Positions 37,957 to 51,269 of a stretch of DNA of 64,000 nt are shown here, piece by piece. Under the pieces are notes generated by a model. That model had not been told where the DNA came from and made no database searches. It saw nothing but the letters and a program-made list of their open reading frames with translations. The DNA is from Rhina ancylostomus (lineage: Eukaryota): contig JARFYF010000055.1 of the NCBI GenBank assembly GCA_030265395.1, positions 28,451,211 through 28,515,210 on the forward strand, given 5' to 3'. The position numbers and the translations under genes were made by a program. How positions within the stretch are numbered: the first letter of the stretch is position 1; every line of letters starts with the position of its first letter.

Positions 37957-38769
37957 NNNNNNNNNNNNNNNNNNNNNNNNNNNNNNNNNNNNNNNNNNNN
38001 NNNNNNNNNNNNNNNNNNNNNNNNNNNNNNNNNNNNNNNNNNNNNNNNNNNNNNNNNNNNNNNNNNNNNNNNNNNNNNNNNNNNNNNNNNNNNNNNNNNN
38101 NNNNNNNNNNNNNNNNNNNNNNNNNNNNNNNNNNNNNNNNNNNNNNNNNNNNNNNNNNNNNNNNNNNNNNNNNNNNNNNNNNNNNNNNNNNNNNNNNNNN
38201 NNNNNNNNNNNNNNNNNNNNNNNNNNNNNNNNNNNNNNNNNNNNNNNNNNNNNNNNNNNNNNNNNNNNNNNNNNNNNNNNNNNNNNNNNNNNNNNNNNNN
38301 NNNNNNNNNNNNNNNNNNNNNNNNNNNNNNNNNNNNNNNNNNNNNNNNNNNNNNNNNNNNNNNNNNNNNNNNNNNNNNNNNNNNNNNNNNNNNNNNNNNN
38401 NNNNNNNNNNNNNNNNNNNNNNNNNNNNNNNNNNNNNNNNNNNNNNNNNNNNNNNNNNNNNNNNNNNNNNNNNNNNNNNNNNNNNNNNNNNNNNNNNNNN
38501 NNNNNNNNNNNNNNNNNNNNNNNNNNNNNNNNNNNNNNNNNNNNNNNNNNNNNNNNNNNNNNNNNNNNNNNNNNNNNNNNNNNNNNNNNNNNNNNNNNNN
38601 NNNNNNNNNNNNNNNNNNNNNNNNNNNNNNNNNNNNNNNNNTATAATTTTGAAAGTGGAGTGTAATGCAAAACCACTGGAAGACTGGGATGGTTCTTGGA
38701 GAAGGTGACATGAGCAGCAGCTAATAGAATGAATAAAAACAATCAAGAGATTATTATTACTGGCTGCCT

Positions 38770-39210
38770 CATGGAAACTAGCCTCCCCTCAATGGACTCT
38801 GTCTACCTTGGTAAAGCGGCCAATATAATCAAAGACCCCAACCCACCCTGGACATTCTCTCTTCACCCCCTCCCATTGGGCAGAAGATTCAAAAGCCTGA
38901 AAGCACATACCACCAGGCTCAAGGACAGCTTCTATCCCACGGTTATAAGATTCTTGAACAATCCCCTAGTACGATAAGGTGGACTCTTGACCTCGCAATC
39001 TACCTTGTTATGGCCTTGCATTTTATTGTCTGCCTGCGTTGGACTTTCTCCATAGCTGTAATACTTTATTCTGCATTCTGTTATTGTTTTCCCTTATACT
39101 ACCTCAATGCACTGTTGTAATGAAATGATCTGTATGGATGGCATACAAAACACGGTTTTTCACTACACCTCGGCACATGTGACAATATTGAACCAATTCC
39201 AATTCCAAGC
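38770..39210 (+). mobile_element. Rex1/Babar LINE 3' fragment
   Basis: TSLPSMDSVY…AANIIKDP…PLPLGRRFKSLKAHTTRLKDSFYPTVIRFLN; tail ends in ccaatt repeats. Confidence 0.87.
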
Positions 39211-39943
39211 AAGTGCTAAATTCTACACATAACAACAGGTGATAGTTAACAAGTAGTTCACAACCCTTGGTCTATGGAGCCCCTTGGACATAAGTGCATT
39301 GTCTCCAGTCTGAGCTTCTCTTTCCTGTCTTCCCAAGTGGTCCTCCAACCTGCGTGAATTTTCCTTCTGCATGCTTACCTATATCCCTCAGTCCTCAGGC
39401 AAAGGCCACTCAATCAATGTCTATCTTTGTCCTTTAACAGAGCCTGTTTGATTTCATTGACTCCAGTAGGCAAAATGGCCACTGCCACAAGACTCCAGGT
39501 CTTTAGACCTTTTAACTCCACCAAGGTTAGTAGTTGGATAGTTCAGCCTTTGCTTACCATTGTTTCTGTCAGAGATCTTTCACACCTGTCTCTACCCTAT
39601 TCATCCTGCACACCTCCCATCTCAAGATGAATGGCTCATATCCCCTTGTCTCCTCCAGTTTAATTACTGCAGTGGTTTGGCCTGTTTTTGTTCACAATTT
39701 ATCTAAATAATACATGGCCAATTAACTGCACCAACGGATACTGCTTAAAAAAGCCACTGCTTAAAAAAGGAAGAGGGATTTACATGCTTTCTCCATTCTG
39801 CAGCAATGCCTCATGTAATTACAAAGCCAAAGATCCTTAGCACAGTTAACTGGCACACCAGCACTTGCATGGTTAACATATTAGCCACGTAAATCTTTAA
39901 CCCTTAAATTACTTAGGCAAACCTTCTAGCATGCTTTATGATT

Positions 39944-40120
39944 AGAGACACAAGAGACTGCACATGCTGGAATCAGAGCAACAAACAATGTGCTGGAAAA
40001 ACTCAGCACATTGAACAGCATCTGTGGGGGTAAAAGGAATTGTTCCAAGTTAGGCTCAACAATTCTTTTCAGCCCACGGATGCTGCACAACCCACTGAGT
40101 TCCTCCAGCTGATTGTTTAA
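39944..40120. mobile_element. PLE-derived fold-back element
   Basis: aaacaatgtgctggaaaaactcag…cagcatctgtggg vs cccacggatgctg…ctgagttcctccagctgattgttt. Confidence 0.75.
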
Positions 40121-40499
40121 TGCCTCATGATTATAATTTTATAACTATTCAGAAATGATCAAAGGAGTTTATTGATACCACTATTATTCAACACAGTCAG
40201 CAAAATTAACCGGAAATGAATTTCTAGGCACATCTGTCGGCATCTGTTGGATTGATGTGAAGCTCTTGTTAATGTCTTGTGGTTTGCTGTTCATTGTTGC
40301 ATGAAGGAAACCACTGGTGTTCTCTTTAAAGAAAACCAGAAGCATTTCACATCCTGTGTATGTGAACCAAAAGCCTTGCAGCTCTTCAACTAGGGTTTTC
40401 ATTTTGTGATTTTGGATAGTGAGAATGTTAATATTATGAAATAAACCTCTGTAACTACTTTTTACGGCCTTATAGTATTCTTAAGTAGCGCATAACTGA

Positions 40500-40822
40500 C
40501 TAAATACTTTACAAGCATTGCTGTTTTTAGAATATAAGAAAAGTTTGCACATTGAAAAATCCGACAAATGGGAATGAGGTAACAATCTGTAATGATGCTT
40601 CAGTTACATTGTTTGAAGGATACTGAGGAAGCTCCAAAGAAGAAGAGCTAAGTTCTTGCCATAGAATCATGTTCATCCATTTGAGAGGGCTGATGGGATT
40701 CTGGTTTGATGTCTAAACTAAAGCATGATATTTCCAATGGTGCAGACTCCTGATATTGCACTGAAGTGGGGAGAGGGGTTTAAATGATCCCTCATGCAGA
40801 GGCAGGAGTCCACTGTGCTACA
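40500..40822 (-). mobile_element. DeuSINE-type ancient SINE, decayed
   Basis: catccatttgagagggctgatggg..tctggtttgatgtctaa…aatggtgcagactcctgatattgcactgaagt. Confidence 0.55.
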
Positions 40823-41879
40823 ATAGCTTTATTGTACTAAATGAACTAAATGGAAATCCTCTTTGTTTACATAGAGTTTAACTGCACTGCATTCTGCTGT
40901 TACTCAAGCTATACATCTCTTACTGCAATATCAATGCTTGTGTCATTTACATGCCAATAAGCATGTAAAACTACACCCTGCTATCGAGGAAAGGAGATGA
41001 AATGCACTTGACCTTATGACTTTCTTAGTTATTCCTTCTGACATGGAGGTAAGTGTCTCAACAAAGGACACTTTACTGTTGTAGAGATACATAATCATTA
41101 TATCTAAATCTAAACGGGAACATCAACCAGTGCAGTGGAATTTTCTGAAGATGACATCCAGTATCCATGCCAGCAATACAGATATGCTGAGGTTTCATGA
41201 ATACATGCCAACCAAACCGAAAAGTCATGTCACACAAAAGTTCCAATGTTGTGCCTTTCAGTCCTAGAATCGTTCACTGTGAAACGCCACCCAGATACAT
41301 GGCCCAAGATCTCACTGACCATCCTGACTAAAGTGAGACCACCTTTTTGCAGAATATGCATTAGATCTGATTGAAAATGCATCAATAAAACCCAGTTGGC
41401 CGAAGGTGAAATTATTCCTAATCCAGTCACTCGAGTTACCATCATTTGTAAAATACGTGATCTCACCCCCCCCTGTTACCAAAGTCTCGTCCAAGCATCA
41501 AACTCTTTATCTCACCAGCAAGGATCACTTTCAATACTGGTCGCAACTGTGTGTTCCATAGTTACCTCACCTATGCTGAAACATCAAACCTTTATACCCA
41601 GCACTGGTATGTTGTAAATTGATATCTATGTACTTGAAAAAACGAGATGGATTCTGTGCCTTTACTGTAATTGTCTCCCATGCAAAGTATGCCTGCAGAT
41701 CCATCCAGTGCTGTCCAGAAATCTTCAATCCTACCTAATCCTGCAATTGAGCCTGGATTTTAATGTGATGTTTAAAATAATAATGGAATTCAACAGGTAC
41801 AAAAAAGTGGTGTTTGGCTGGAGAAATCCACAATCTGAGAGTTAATGCTGAACATTCAGGATAGAAACCAGGAAAGTTA

Positions 41880-42332
41880 CAGGAATGAGGTTCATAACAA
41901 GCTTAAGGAAAAATAATTTATCTTCCGCCTGGGTATGTTCTCACCTTCTGGACACAATATTGAATTCTGCAACTTTAGAAAACTCACTCTTTCTTTCTGT
42001 TTGAATTAGAATCTGGCCATTTCCACCTGTCGTCAGTTAGACTATTGTTTTATTGGTTTAGTCAGGCCTTGCACAGAAGAAGAACCAGAATATGCTTCTA
42101 ACTTCTACCCTAACTGCCCCCATTAATTCATTTGGACTCACCCTTTCAAGGATATGCTCTTTGTTCTACTTGTCCTTCCCCCACCTGACTTGCTGAAAGC
42201 TAAACTGAAAACAAACTTGTTTTTTCTTTCCTTCCCAGTTCTGATGAAGGGCCCCAGGCCTGAAATATTCACTGTTTATCTTTCCACAGATGCTGTCTGA
42301 CCTGGTGAGAGTATCCAGCATTTTGTCTTTTT
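41880..42332 (+). mobile_element. Penelope-like element 3' end: GIY-YIG C-terminus, 3' UTR and pLTR
   Basis: NEVHNKLKEK*FIFRLGMFSPSGHNIEFCNFRK, then a pyrimidine-rich UTR, then the hammerhead motif and ccacagatgctgtctgacctggtgagagtatccagcattttg. Confidence 0.8.
42236..42274 (+). ncRNA. Minimal type-I hammerhead ribozyme motif (PLE-associated)
   Basis: cagtt-CTGATGA-agg(gccccagg)cct-GAAA-TATT-cactg: intact core boxes, 3-bp helix II, palindromic loop-less helix III (ATAT), helix I 4/5 paired. Activity untested. Confidence 0.6.
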
Positions 42333-43544
42333 GATTAAGGTTACAGGAAACTTGCAAAGCCATGCTGGTGCTCAAGTGAAATATTTCTGACTGAAATTGA
42401 ATTAAGGATGTCAAGGTGACTGGAATTAACATTGGAAGCACCAGCCATTCCCTCTGTCTTTGACTGTTCGTTTGGGACAGGACTTGACATCAGCCTGGTT
42501 CATAAAGAGTCTTCCAAAAAAAATACACAGATATGAAAATAACCTGCCGCATGGGTATGTTACATTCACAGATTCACAGCATTGCTCTTATCTCTATTTG
42601 TTGCAAAGAGGACTCAGAGTTAAGTCTCTTTAAGAACCAACTGCAGTGTAGGTGGGTTGGTGGGCAGAACAGTAATTAGTAGTGACCATAGCTTTTTCAC
42701 TGTGGTGACTTATCTCCCACAAATTCATAATGTAAATGGAATGTTTCCCATAATGAATGTTGTAATAGCAGCTTTAAGCCAGTACAAACTATTAGAGATT
42801 TATTTCAGCGCAAATTACAAGTAATCTTTTTGACTCCTAGTTTTACCCTTGCTTTCCGTGGCGATATCCCTTAATTGATTAGAAGCTCTAACATCTACTC
42901 AAAGTTCCGGGGTGTAGACATTTGTACTGTCAGTATGCAGCAAATGCACACATACAGCAAGCACTGTGCATTGTTCTCTACTTCAGAAACTCAACTGTGA
43001 TATTCTGTGTAATTGAGGGTGAACTTTTCCCTTCGTGGAGCAGAAATTACTGCTTTTGATTAGCAGCTGTCACAGTGATTGAATCATTTATTTCATTTAC
43101 TTAAAAGTCCAAGCAATATATTTGTTCAGAAAACCAAATGGGGTTGTTTCCATCCCTAATGAGCCGAGTACTATTTAAGCATGAAATAAGTGTTTCCCCA
43201 ATCAAATGCCTCAAATTTTATCCCTGACAGATAGTGCCAAACATGCTAACTAGTTGCATCAGTGTTTTGTACTCAGCCTATGAAATTCATTCCATATAAC
43301 AAGGCTTTGTGAACTTTTTGGCTGCAACACGCAATTTATATTACACCTTTATAATGTATGTCTGAAATGCAGATATAACTGCTAGATTCAGTTATAAAAT
43401 TATCACAAACAATATGCATTATTTAAGTGTACACCAATTGTGAAAGACCAGATGTACTCTCAAAAATTAATGTGGTCATTTTGTTAAAGTCCCAAATTGC
43501 AGCAGAACTAGAAGTTATCATTCTAAGATTATCACCAAGTTGCT

Positions 43545-44090
43545 CCTGTAATTGGAAGGGTTGAGGATAAAGGTCACGGGTCTAAAGTAAAGGAAAAGAG
43601 TGGCATGAGGAAAAACATGACACAGTCTGTGCTTGGAATCTGGAATACACTGTCTGTGCAGTTGGTAGAGGCAGGTTCCACTGTGGCCCTCGAGGGAGTT
43701 GGATGGACATGAGGTGGAGAAAAAAATTTCAAGGCTATGGAGAGAAGGCTGGTGTGTGGAACTTGCAGGTTCTGGTGGAAAGCTGGCATTGATGTGACGG
43801 GCTGAATGGCCTCCTGTGTTGTAATCATTTATTATCCTGATATGGAATCCATTATAGAATTAAGAAGAGTTTATCCAAAGAGCAGTGACAATATGGAACT
43901 CCCTAACATAGATTGAAGTGAATAGTACAGGTACTGTCAGGGGGGAGGTTGACAAGCTTATGAAGGAAAAAGAAATAAAGGTTTACACCGGTAGATTTAG
44001 ATGAAGAAAGAAGGAAAGAGCATCTAATGGTGTGTAAATGCTGGCATGGACTTGCTGGGCTGAATGGCCTGATTTTAGCCTTATATCATG
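43545..44090 (+). mobile_element. Two tandem decayed CR1 3' ends
   Basis: ggaatctggaatacactgtct…gtgacgggctgaatggcctcctgtgttgtaa and catggacttgctgggctgaatggcctg tails. Confidence 0.7.
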
Positions 44091-45889
44091 TGCAGTTTAT
44101 TGCCAGATTACTTTACCACACTGAGGATGGGAAAGTGTCACAGCTGATTTCAACCTTGCTTTCACAATGTTCAAAACAGTCTCAGAAATTCATCCCATAC
44201 CACATGGTGATTTGGGTTTATTGACTGTAACATGCAATTTATGTCACACCTTTGCAATGTCCGTTTCAAGTCATGATTTAACTGCTAAATCCAGTTGTAA
44301 GATTACTGCTTGTTGAATAATTGTTGATTACTGAGGTATACATGGATTTGAAAGACTAGATCTAGTCCTGAAAAAATTAGGAACATCAGCAGGGTTTACT
44401 GAAAGTTGATGCAGGGCATAGACTTAATGTTCTTTGCATTAGTTGGTGAAACAAGTACCAGTGTGGATGGACCAAATTCATCACAGATAAAGCATAAAGT
44501 CTTGAATATGTTTAATTGTAAGATCAAGTTAAAATTGCACAGGCATTTATTTTGTAAAGTGTGGGTGAAATTCCAGCCACGGACATTTTGATGATTTCAT
44601 TTTATAACATTATAAAAGCATTTCTGGATTGTCACACAGCCTTGCCTCAATGCCCGATTATTGAAGAAAGAATGAGTGTTAGATGTGCCAGTGCCATCAA
44701 TTTCCTCAAGCTTTTCACAGTATATTTGGGAGGGAGCTGTGCTGTTGTTCTCATACCATCATGTGGGGGAGTGGGGGAGGGGTGAAGAGGGAATGAGCAT
44801 GTAATCATCAGCAGGAGTCTACAGCATGAGAAAANNNNNNNNNNNNNNNNNNNNNNNNNNACCACAACCAGTTAAGTTTCACAACAGAGATGGTGTCTTT
44901 CGAACAGGTGCCTCCAGAGGTTAGAGTCTCCTGGGCAAGTAAGGGGCAACCTAAATTGAATGTCATTGCTATCTATTATGCACCACATGGACCGTCTTCA
45001 CATAAAAAGGCTGAATGCTCTTCATTTTATTTTTGTCAGTCCCTGAGCCAGTGTCAAGCACTTTTGATGGAGCTGTAGAGCTGTACTATCCAAATCTCCT
45101 CAGCAGTTACAAAATCTGTACTATCTATCCACAGCATACACATTTATAGTCAATTCAAACATGCCTCGCACTCAAACCATTTTGCAAATCTGCAGAGTGT
45201 TGAGCTAGTATGAGGGATTTTTTGGGGACTTTGTGTTTTTACTGGATTTGCTTTGACTTAAAATAAGTCAAACAGATGGATAAGTAAGGACCAATATGTT
45301 ATTTGCACCTTTTTAGTTGATAGTGACTGAGAGGCAAAGAATGTTTGGTTATGTTAAGATTATTCTGCTGCAATAGAATTGAATAACTTTCATTTTTACT
45401 TTTGTGGGAGATACAGTAATTGAAGAGAAGTATTTGGCAACTATTCCTTTTGGCAGGGAGAGAAATCCCATATTCTTTGCATAATGAAGTGATTGAGCGA
45501 TGATTTTCAATACAATTTATTTAATGGTGTTTATATGCAATTGGTAAAAAGACAGACAAAAGATTAAAAACTAGGCAGATATTGTTCTCTTTAGAGCATA
45601 GAAGCAGAGGGAAGACTTAATAGAGGCACTAAAACATATATTTGATCAGAGCAGATAGGGGGAAATTGTTTTCAGTGATAGGACGCAGATTTAAACTTCA
45701 GTGTGAAAGAGTCAGGAGAGAGCTAAGAAGATCTGCACATGGCATAAAGCTGTGATCTAGAATACCATGTCTAACTGAGTGGTGGAAGTAGATTAAATAG
45801 CTATTTTCACAGAGGAATGGATAGATTCCTAACTACAAAGAAATTGCAGGTCTGTGGAGAAAGAATCTTTTCAATGGGCTGGAGGAGGC

Positions 45890-47105
45890 ACAGGAGGGCA
45901 AAAAGTTAGCATGAAGTGGCAGAATTAATGAGAATTCCAGAACCTTTTCTAAATATATTGGAAGGAAGAAGGAAGCTCAGCAGCCAAGAGGGAAGTCTTT
46001 GTACGGAGCCAGGGTATATGTGCGGTGTCCTGAATGAATACTTCACGTCAGTATTCACCAGTGAGAAGGACGGGGACGATGAAGAGATAGGGGAGGTGTA
46101 CACTGTAAGTATGGAGCATGTGCCTAAGAGGAGAGAGGGAGTGTTAGAGAAATTGACATACATTAAAGTGGACAAGTCCCCAGGGCCTGATGAAATCCAT
46201 CCCAGAGTGCTAGGGGAAGCAAGAGAAAAGGTTGTTGAGGCTCCGACAGAATGTTAGGGGAAGCAAGATTTTTGCATCATCTTTAGCCATGGTTGAGATA
46301 CCGGTAGCCAACATTGTTCCCATATTCAAAGAGGGTGGTAGGGATAGGCCAGGAAATTACAGGCCGGTGAGCCTTACATTAGAGGTGGGGCAACTATTGG
46401 AAAACAATGTTTAAGGGTAGTATTTATGATACCTCAGTTTTAAATGATCAACCTCTAAATCAGGGTGGTGAAAGAAGTGTTTAGCATGCTGGCCTTCATC
46501 AGCCAGGGCATTGACTATGGGAGCTGGGATATTACGTTGTAGTTGTACAAGTTGTTGATGAGGCTGCACTTGGAGTACTGTGTACAGTTTTGTCAGCCTA
46601 TTATAGGAAAGATGTGGTTAAACTGGAAAGAGTGGAGAAAAAAGTTTGAGGATGTCTAGAGAGCCTGAGTTATAGGGAGAGGTTGGCCAGGCGAGGTCTT
46701 TATTCCTTGGAATGTAGGAGAATGAGGAGCAACTTTATAGATATGTTTTAAATTATGAGAGGCACAGATAAGGTGGACGGTAACAGTGTTTTCCCCAAGG
46801 CAGGAGAGTCCTAAACTAGGGGGCATAGGTTTAGGGTGAGAGGGGAAAGATTTAAAAGGGACCTGAGTGGCAACTTTTTCACGTAGAGGGTGGTGAGTGT
46901 GTGGAACGAGCTGCCAGGGGAAGTGGGTGAGGCAGGTATGATATTATTATTTGAGAAGCACTTGGATAGGTACATGGAGGGGCTGGTCTTGGAGGGATGT
47001 GGGCCGAATGCAGGAAATTGGGACTAGATGGGTGGGCACTGTGGTCAGCATGGACTTGTTGGGCTGAAGGGCCTGTATACCTGCTGTGTGACTGTATGAC
47101 TCTTG
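45890..47105 (+). mobile_element. CR1 with internal deletion: pre-RT/RT N-terminal region joined to ORF2 C-terminus and tail
   Basis: LNEYFTSVFT…IKVDKSPGPDEIHPRVLGE…VANIVPIFKEGGRDRPGNYRPVSLT, then from ~46460 the C-terminal HLEYCVQF region and tail gggctgaagggcctgta. Confidence 0.9.
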
Positions 47106-47109
47106 TAAT

Positions 47110-47460
47110 ATATCCCTTGTTTGAGGTTCTCCCACTAGTGGAAACATCTTGACATTTACCTCGTCATTACCCCTAAGGATCTTATATGTTCCAATAAGAT
47201 TACTCTTCATTCTTCAAAACTCCAGTGAATATGGATCTAAGTTCTTTAGCTGCTCATGATACGACAAGCCTCTCATCCCAGAAATTAGCTGAGAAAATCT
47301 CTTTTGGACTGCCTTCACTGCGAGTATATCCTTTCTTAAATAAGAACATAATTGGGCATAGTATGCCAGGTGTGGCTTCACCAGCACACTGTGCAATTGT
47401 AACAATACCTCCCAATTGCTAAATCTCAACTCTCTTGTAATATTTGCCTTCCTAATCAGG
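47110..47460 (-). mobile_element. CR1 fragment in opposite orientation, abutting the previous copy
   Basis: EVLLQLHSVLVKPHLAYYAQLCSYLRKDILAVKAVQKRFSQLISGMRGLSYHE. Confidence 0.85.
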
Positions 47461-48524
47461 GAAGGAAAAATAAACAGAGCCACACAGAAACTGTCACTGG
47501 GAGATACAAAAGACTTTATTTAACAGAGCAGATCTTCTGGAGAGAATGTCACTCTGTTGTCCTCACACAATGTTTATAATTTTTAAACACAAAGGCAACA
47601 ATAAACAATTAACTACATCTTCATGGGCTACAATCACNNNNNNNNNNNNNNNNNNNNNNNNNNNNNNNNNNNNNNNNNNNNNNNNNNNNNNNNNNNNNNN
47701 NNNNNNNNNNNNNNNNNNNNNNNNNNNNNNNNNNNNNTTAAACACAAAGGCAACAATAAACAATTAACTACATCTTCATTGGCTACAATCACCTACTTAA
47801 CTTTAACATTTTGATTGTAGACAGGTTACTGTGCAGAATTTCATATTTACAATGAGAACACATCCTAACTAGCAGAACCCTTTTGAATATTCAAATATTA
47901 GTAGCTAGTCCAAGAGCTTCTAAGAACAAACTCCAGACACCTAAAGTATACCTCCCTTGTTACAGTGTTGAGGGATGGCTCCGTGACAACTCGCCAGAAT
48001 ATTAAGTGACAAAACAGATCTGCCCTGAACTGTGCATAAACTGGCAAGGATATGCTCTTAACAATACGTTAACACAGGAGATGGCCACTTAATGCCTTCC
48101 CTGATCTGGTCCTGAAGTTTTCAATAAGCACCAATTACCATGAACATTCATTTGTTGTCTTCCCCTGCACAGTTTCAGTGGTACATAATCAGAATGTCCC
48201 ACATCCAATGATTGGTTTCAATGACCCCAAAGCATCAGTTAAAGTTAAATTGTGAACAGGTTTTATTTCCTGAAGACTGATTCTGCAGTCTCTCGTCTCC
48301 TCATTTTGATTAATATCTGCTATCCATAATTTCATAACTCCAGAATAACCCCAACACCGAACCTGCCTGCTAATATCTATGATATGTGCACAAGAACATC
48401 CAGATACCTCTGAACCTTGCACAATTTGACCACCAGGTATTTTTGGATTATCTTTCTTGTACAAACAGCCCTTAATTATTTTCTCAGTTACTACTGAAAA
48501 CCTCAATGTTCCAAATGTGAATAT

Positions 48525-49100
48525 AATGCAGGAAGAGGCCATTCAGCCCATGAGCCCTTCTGTTTTGGAAATTAATCCATTCACTCCAATCCCAGACCTC
48601 GTGCAACTTCTTTTTTCCGAAAGTTAATATTGATGCTTCCATTAAACTATCATGCAATGCATTGCAAATCCGTTATGTAAAAACATTTCCCCTCCCAGTG
48701 CCTCTGGTTCTGTTGACAATTCTGTGTCCTCTGGTCATTGAAATTTTACCTCTTAGAATGCTTTGTCTTTATTCTACCCAAAGCCATCATAATCTTAAAT
48801 ACTCGAACTCTCTTTGTAGCCTTCTCCACGCTAAGGAGCACAACATCAGCTTTTTCAGTGTCATCCATGGATCCATTCCAGGAAATCTCTACTCCATCCT
48901 CATAAAGTGTGGTAGCTGCAGTTGGACTCAATACCTCAGCTACTGATGATTATTTGGTTTAGTATTAGCTTCTGATATTTGTACACTATTTATAAAGCCA
49001 ATTATCCTTCATGCTTTATAACTTCTTTGTTAATACCCTACAACCTTCAAGGATTAGTGCAAGAACACTCCCAGTCCCCCTGTTATTGTACTGTATTTAA
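48525..49100 (-). mobile_element. Decayed CR1
   Basis: Tail caggaagaggccattcagcccatg; minus ORF remnant LLSVEK…VFKIMMALGRI. Confidence 0.65.
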
Positions 49101-51269
49101 ATTCACATGGATCAATGGGTCACTAGAAGGTTATGATAGGATTCTAACATAAGGGCTTAAACAAAATTTAAAACTGTCTTGCATGTTCACAACAAATTGA
49201 TTTTATTTATCAAATCTAGCACCATTTAATTCCTTCAGTAAAGAATTTATATTAAACACTACCCTTCCCAAAAACTTACTTGCCCAGAAGTTCATCTCCA
49301 GTCAGTAATGTGAAACATATACAGTATGTTGTAACAGGGCATTCACATGGAAAGCTTGGGAAATTCTGTCCTAGCTCTCAGTGCATACGACAGCAAACAC
49401 AAAAAAGTCATTGAATATGTGCCCTGTTATCAACAGGTGGTAACCAAGAACTTTTTTTTACTCTACACACACATGGTTTATGAAAAGTAAATGTCGGCAG
49501 CAACAGAGCATTAATTATAAGGCACATCTTTGCCTGATCCAATGTGCTTGACTGCGCAGTATAACAATGCCTTCAAAGGAGTTGACTGTGTCTAAGGTGG
49601 CCCATCTTGAGATAAGTGTATTAGCTGCTGTGGCCCTACCACTGCATTTCCTGGCATAGTACCTTCCTCAGGGGGTACAAAACCCTGTTGATCTTTGGAA
49701 GCACGAAATGGCCAGCCCCATACTTCCTGAAAACTGGTTGCATGATGAGTTTTATTGGCAGGTGCCATTGGGTTAAAGCCATTAGCCACGATGGAGATCA
49801 AGTATCAGAGTTTGGGCTTTGCATAAAACTTTGCCATGGTTAATGTCTCAGATGTCCCAATCTAATATATGCAACATTGTGCACATTTTGCACAACAGAT
49901 TAGTTTTTCCCAGCACCTTTGTACTAATTGGTACAGTTCCCCCACCCCAGTGCATCTGTCACACCTGTTTTCAGATGCAAACAAATTCTACCCTGTAGGA
50001 TTTATATTTTGTCAGTGTCTATTCATCTGTAGTAGTTCTGACTTTTCTGATTGTTATAATGCATGTACATTGATGAGGTATAATCTCAGAAGTTAGTGAA
50101 TTGAGAAGGCAGAAGTTTTCCTGAACTTGATAGCCATTTAAAGATTAATACAATTTCATGAGTTTAATGTCTGGTACATGGCACTCAAACCTTATGTGAC
50201 AGTATGCCTCTCACTTTGCATTACACAGTAATTGTTCATTAAACTTTGATTTCTGACGGAGTGTAATTGCATTCTACACTGATCGACAAGCTGGATGCTG
50301 TCTCTTTAAACGAGCCAGCAGTAGCGACAAAGCTATTAATGGCATCATTCTTAATGACAAAGTGCCTTTTCTCCTTTGTATACCACCAGACAAAGGCACA
50401 AAAATGAAGATTGTTAATTCTGCACAAGCTTCAATTATTATTGAAGCATCTTAGTTACAGCAGAGTAAAAGCTCTGCAGATATTTAAGTGCTGTCCAGTG
50501 CAATCAGAATTGCCTGATCGTTGATTGGACCTTTTAAGCTTTCATTTCTTTGTGAAATTTCCTTGTCGATCACAATACTGTGCTTGTCCACTGTGAAGCA
50601 AGGCTTCTAATTAGAAAGTCTCAGGAGATCAGTACTCCTGAAGAAAGATTTGTAGCATATGTTAACAACCACTTTCTACAGTCATCCATCTTAATACAGA
50701 TAGAAAATTTTCGTGCTGTTATCAAGGTACCAGGGAGAATGCAATCAAAGGCTTGCTGGATATGATCGATAGGCTCCATCATGTCACAAATGCACAACAG
50801 CAGCCGTTAAAAAGGTCAGACAAAAGCAAATGCTTTGATTAATAGACTATTTGTTTTGTAGATTTGTGGGAAAGGATATTCTTAGGCATATCATTCAGTG
50901 AATTTCAATAGCTGTTAAATTGGAGGTGGTTTGTTTTAGCTGTAACAACTACTCCTTCATTCAAAATCTGCAGATTATTACCATCAGAAAGGAATAAAGG
51001 CACCTATTGGTTTTGTGGAGATTCCATCACTTAGCGACATATTAGTTCTAACCACAAGTCTCTTCCAGAGACATTTAACAGACTATTATTGCAATTTGTC
51101 AAATATCTTACAAGGGACCTTATCATTTTGGTGTAAAAGAGAGTGTGAACATGATACTTGGGATGTAATGATGTCATCACATTGCTCTTTACTTGGCATG
51201 TTATTATTTTTAACTATTGATCTATACCTTAAAGAAAAGACTAATAATAAGAGACCTAAGATAGTGACT

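Noticed and set aside
37906-38746. Long ORFs of 250-270 aa (also around 25908-26702 and 16712-17190)
   Set aside because: Artefacts of translating N runs.
39740-39769. Short direct repeat actgcttaaaaaag x2
   Set aside because: Single micro-duplication typical of replication slippage; not an array.
41021-41054. tttcttag|20 nt|GTAAGT putative micro-exon
   Set aside because: 20 nt, frameshifting, short pyrimidine tract; such matches are expected by chance in 45 kb.
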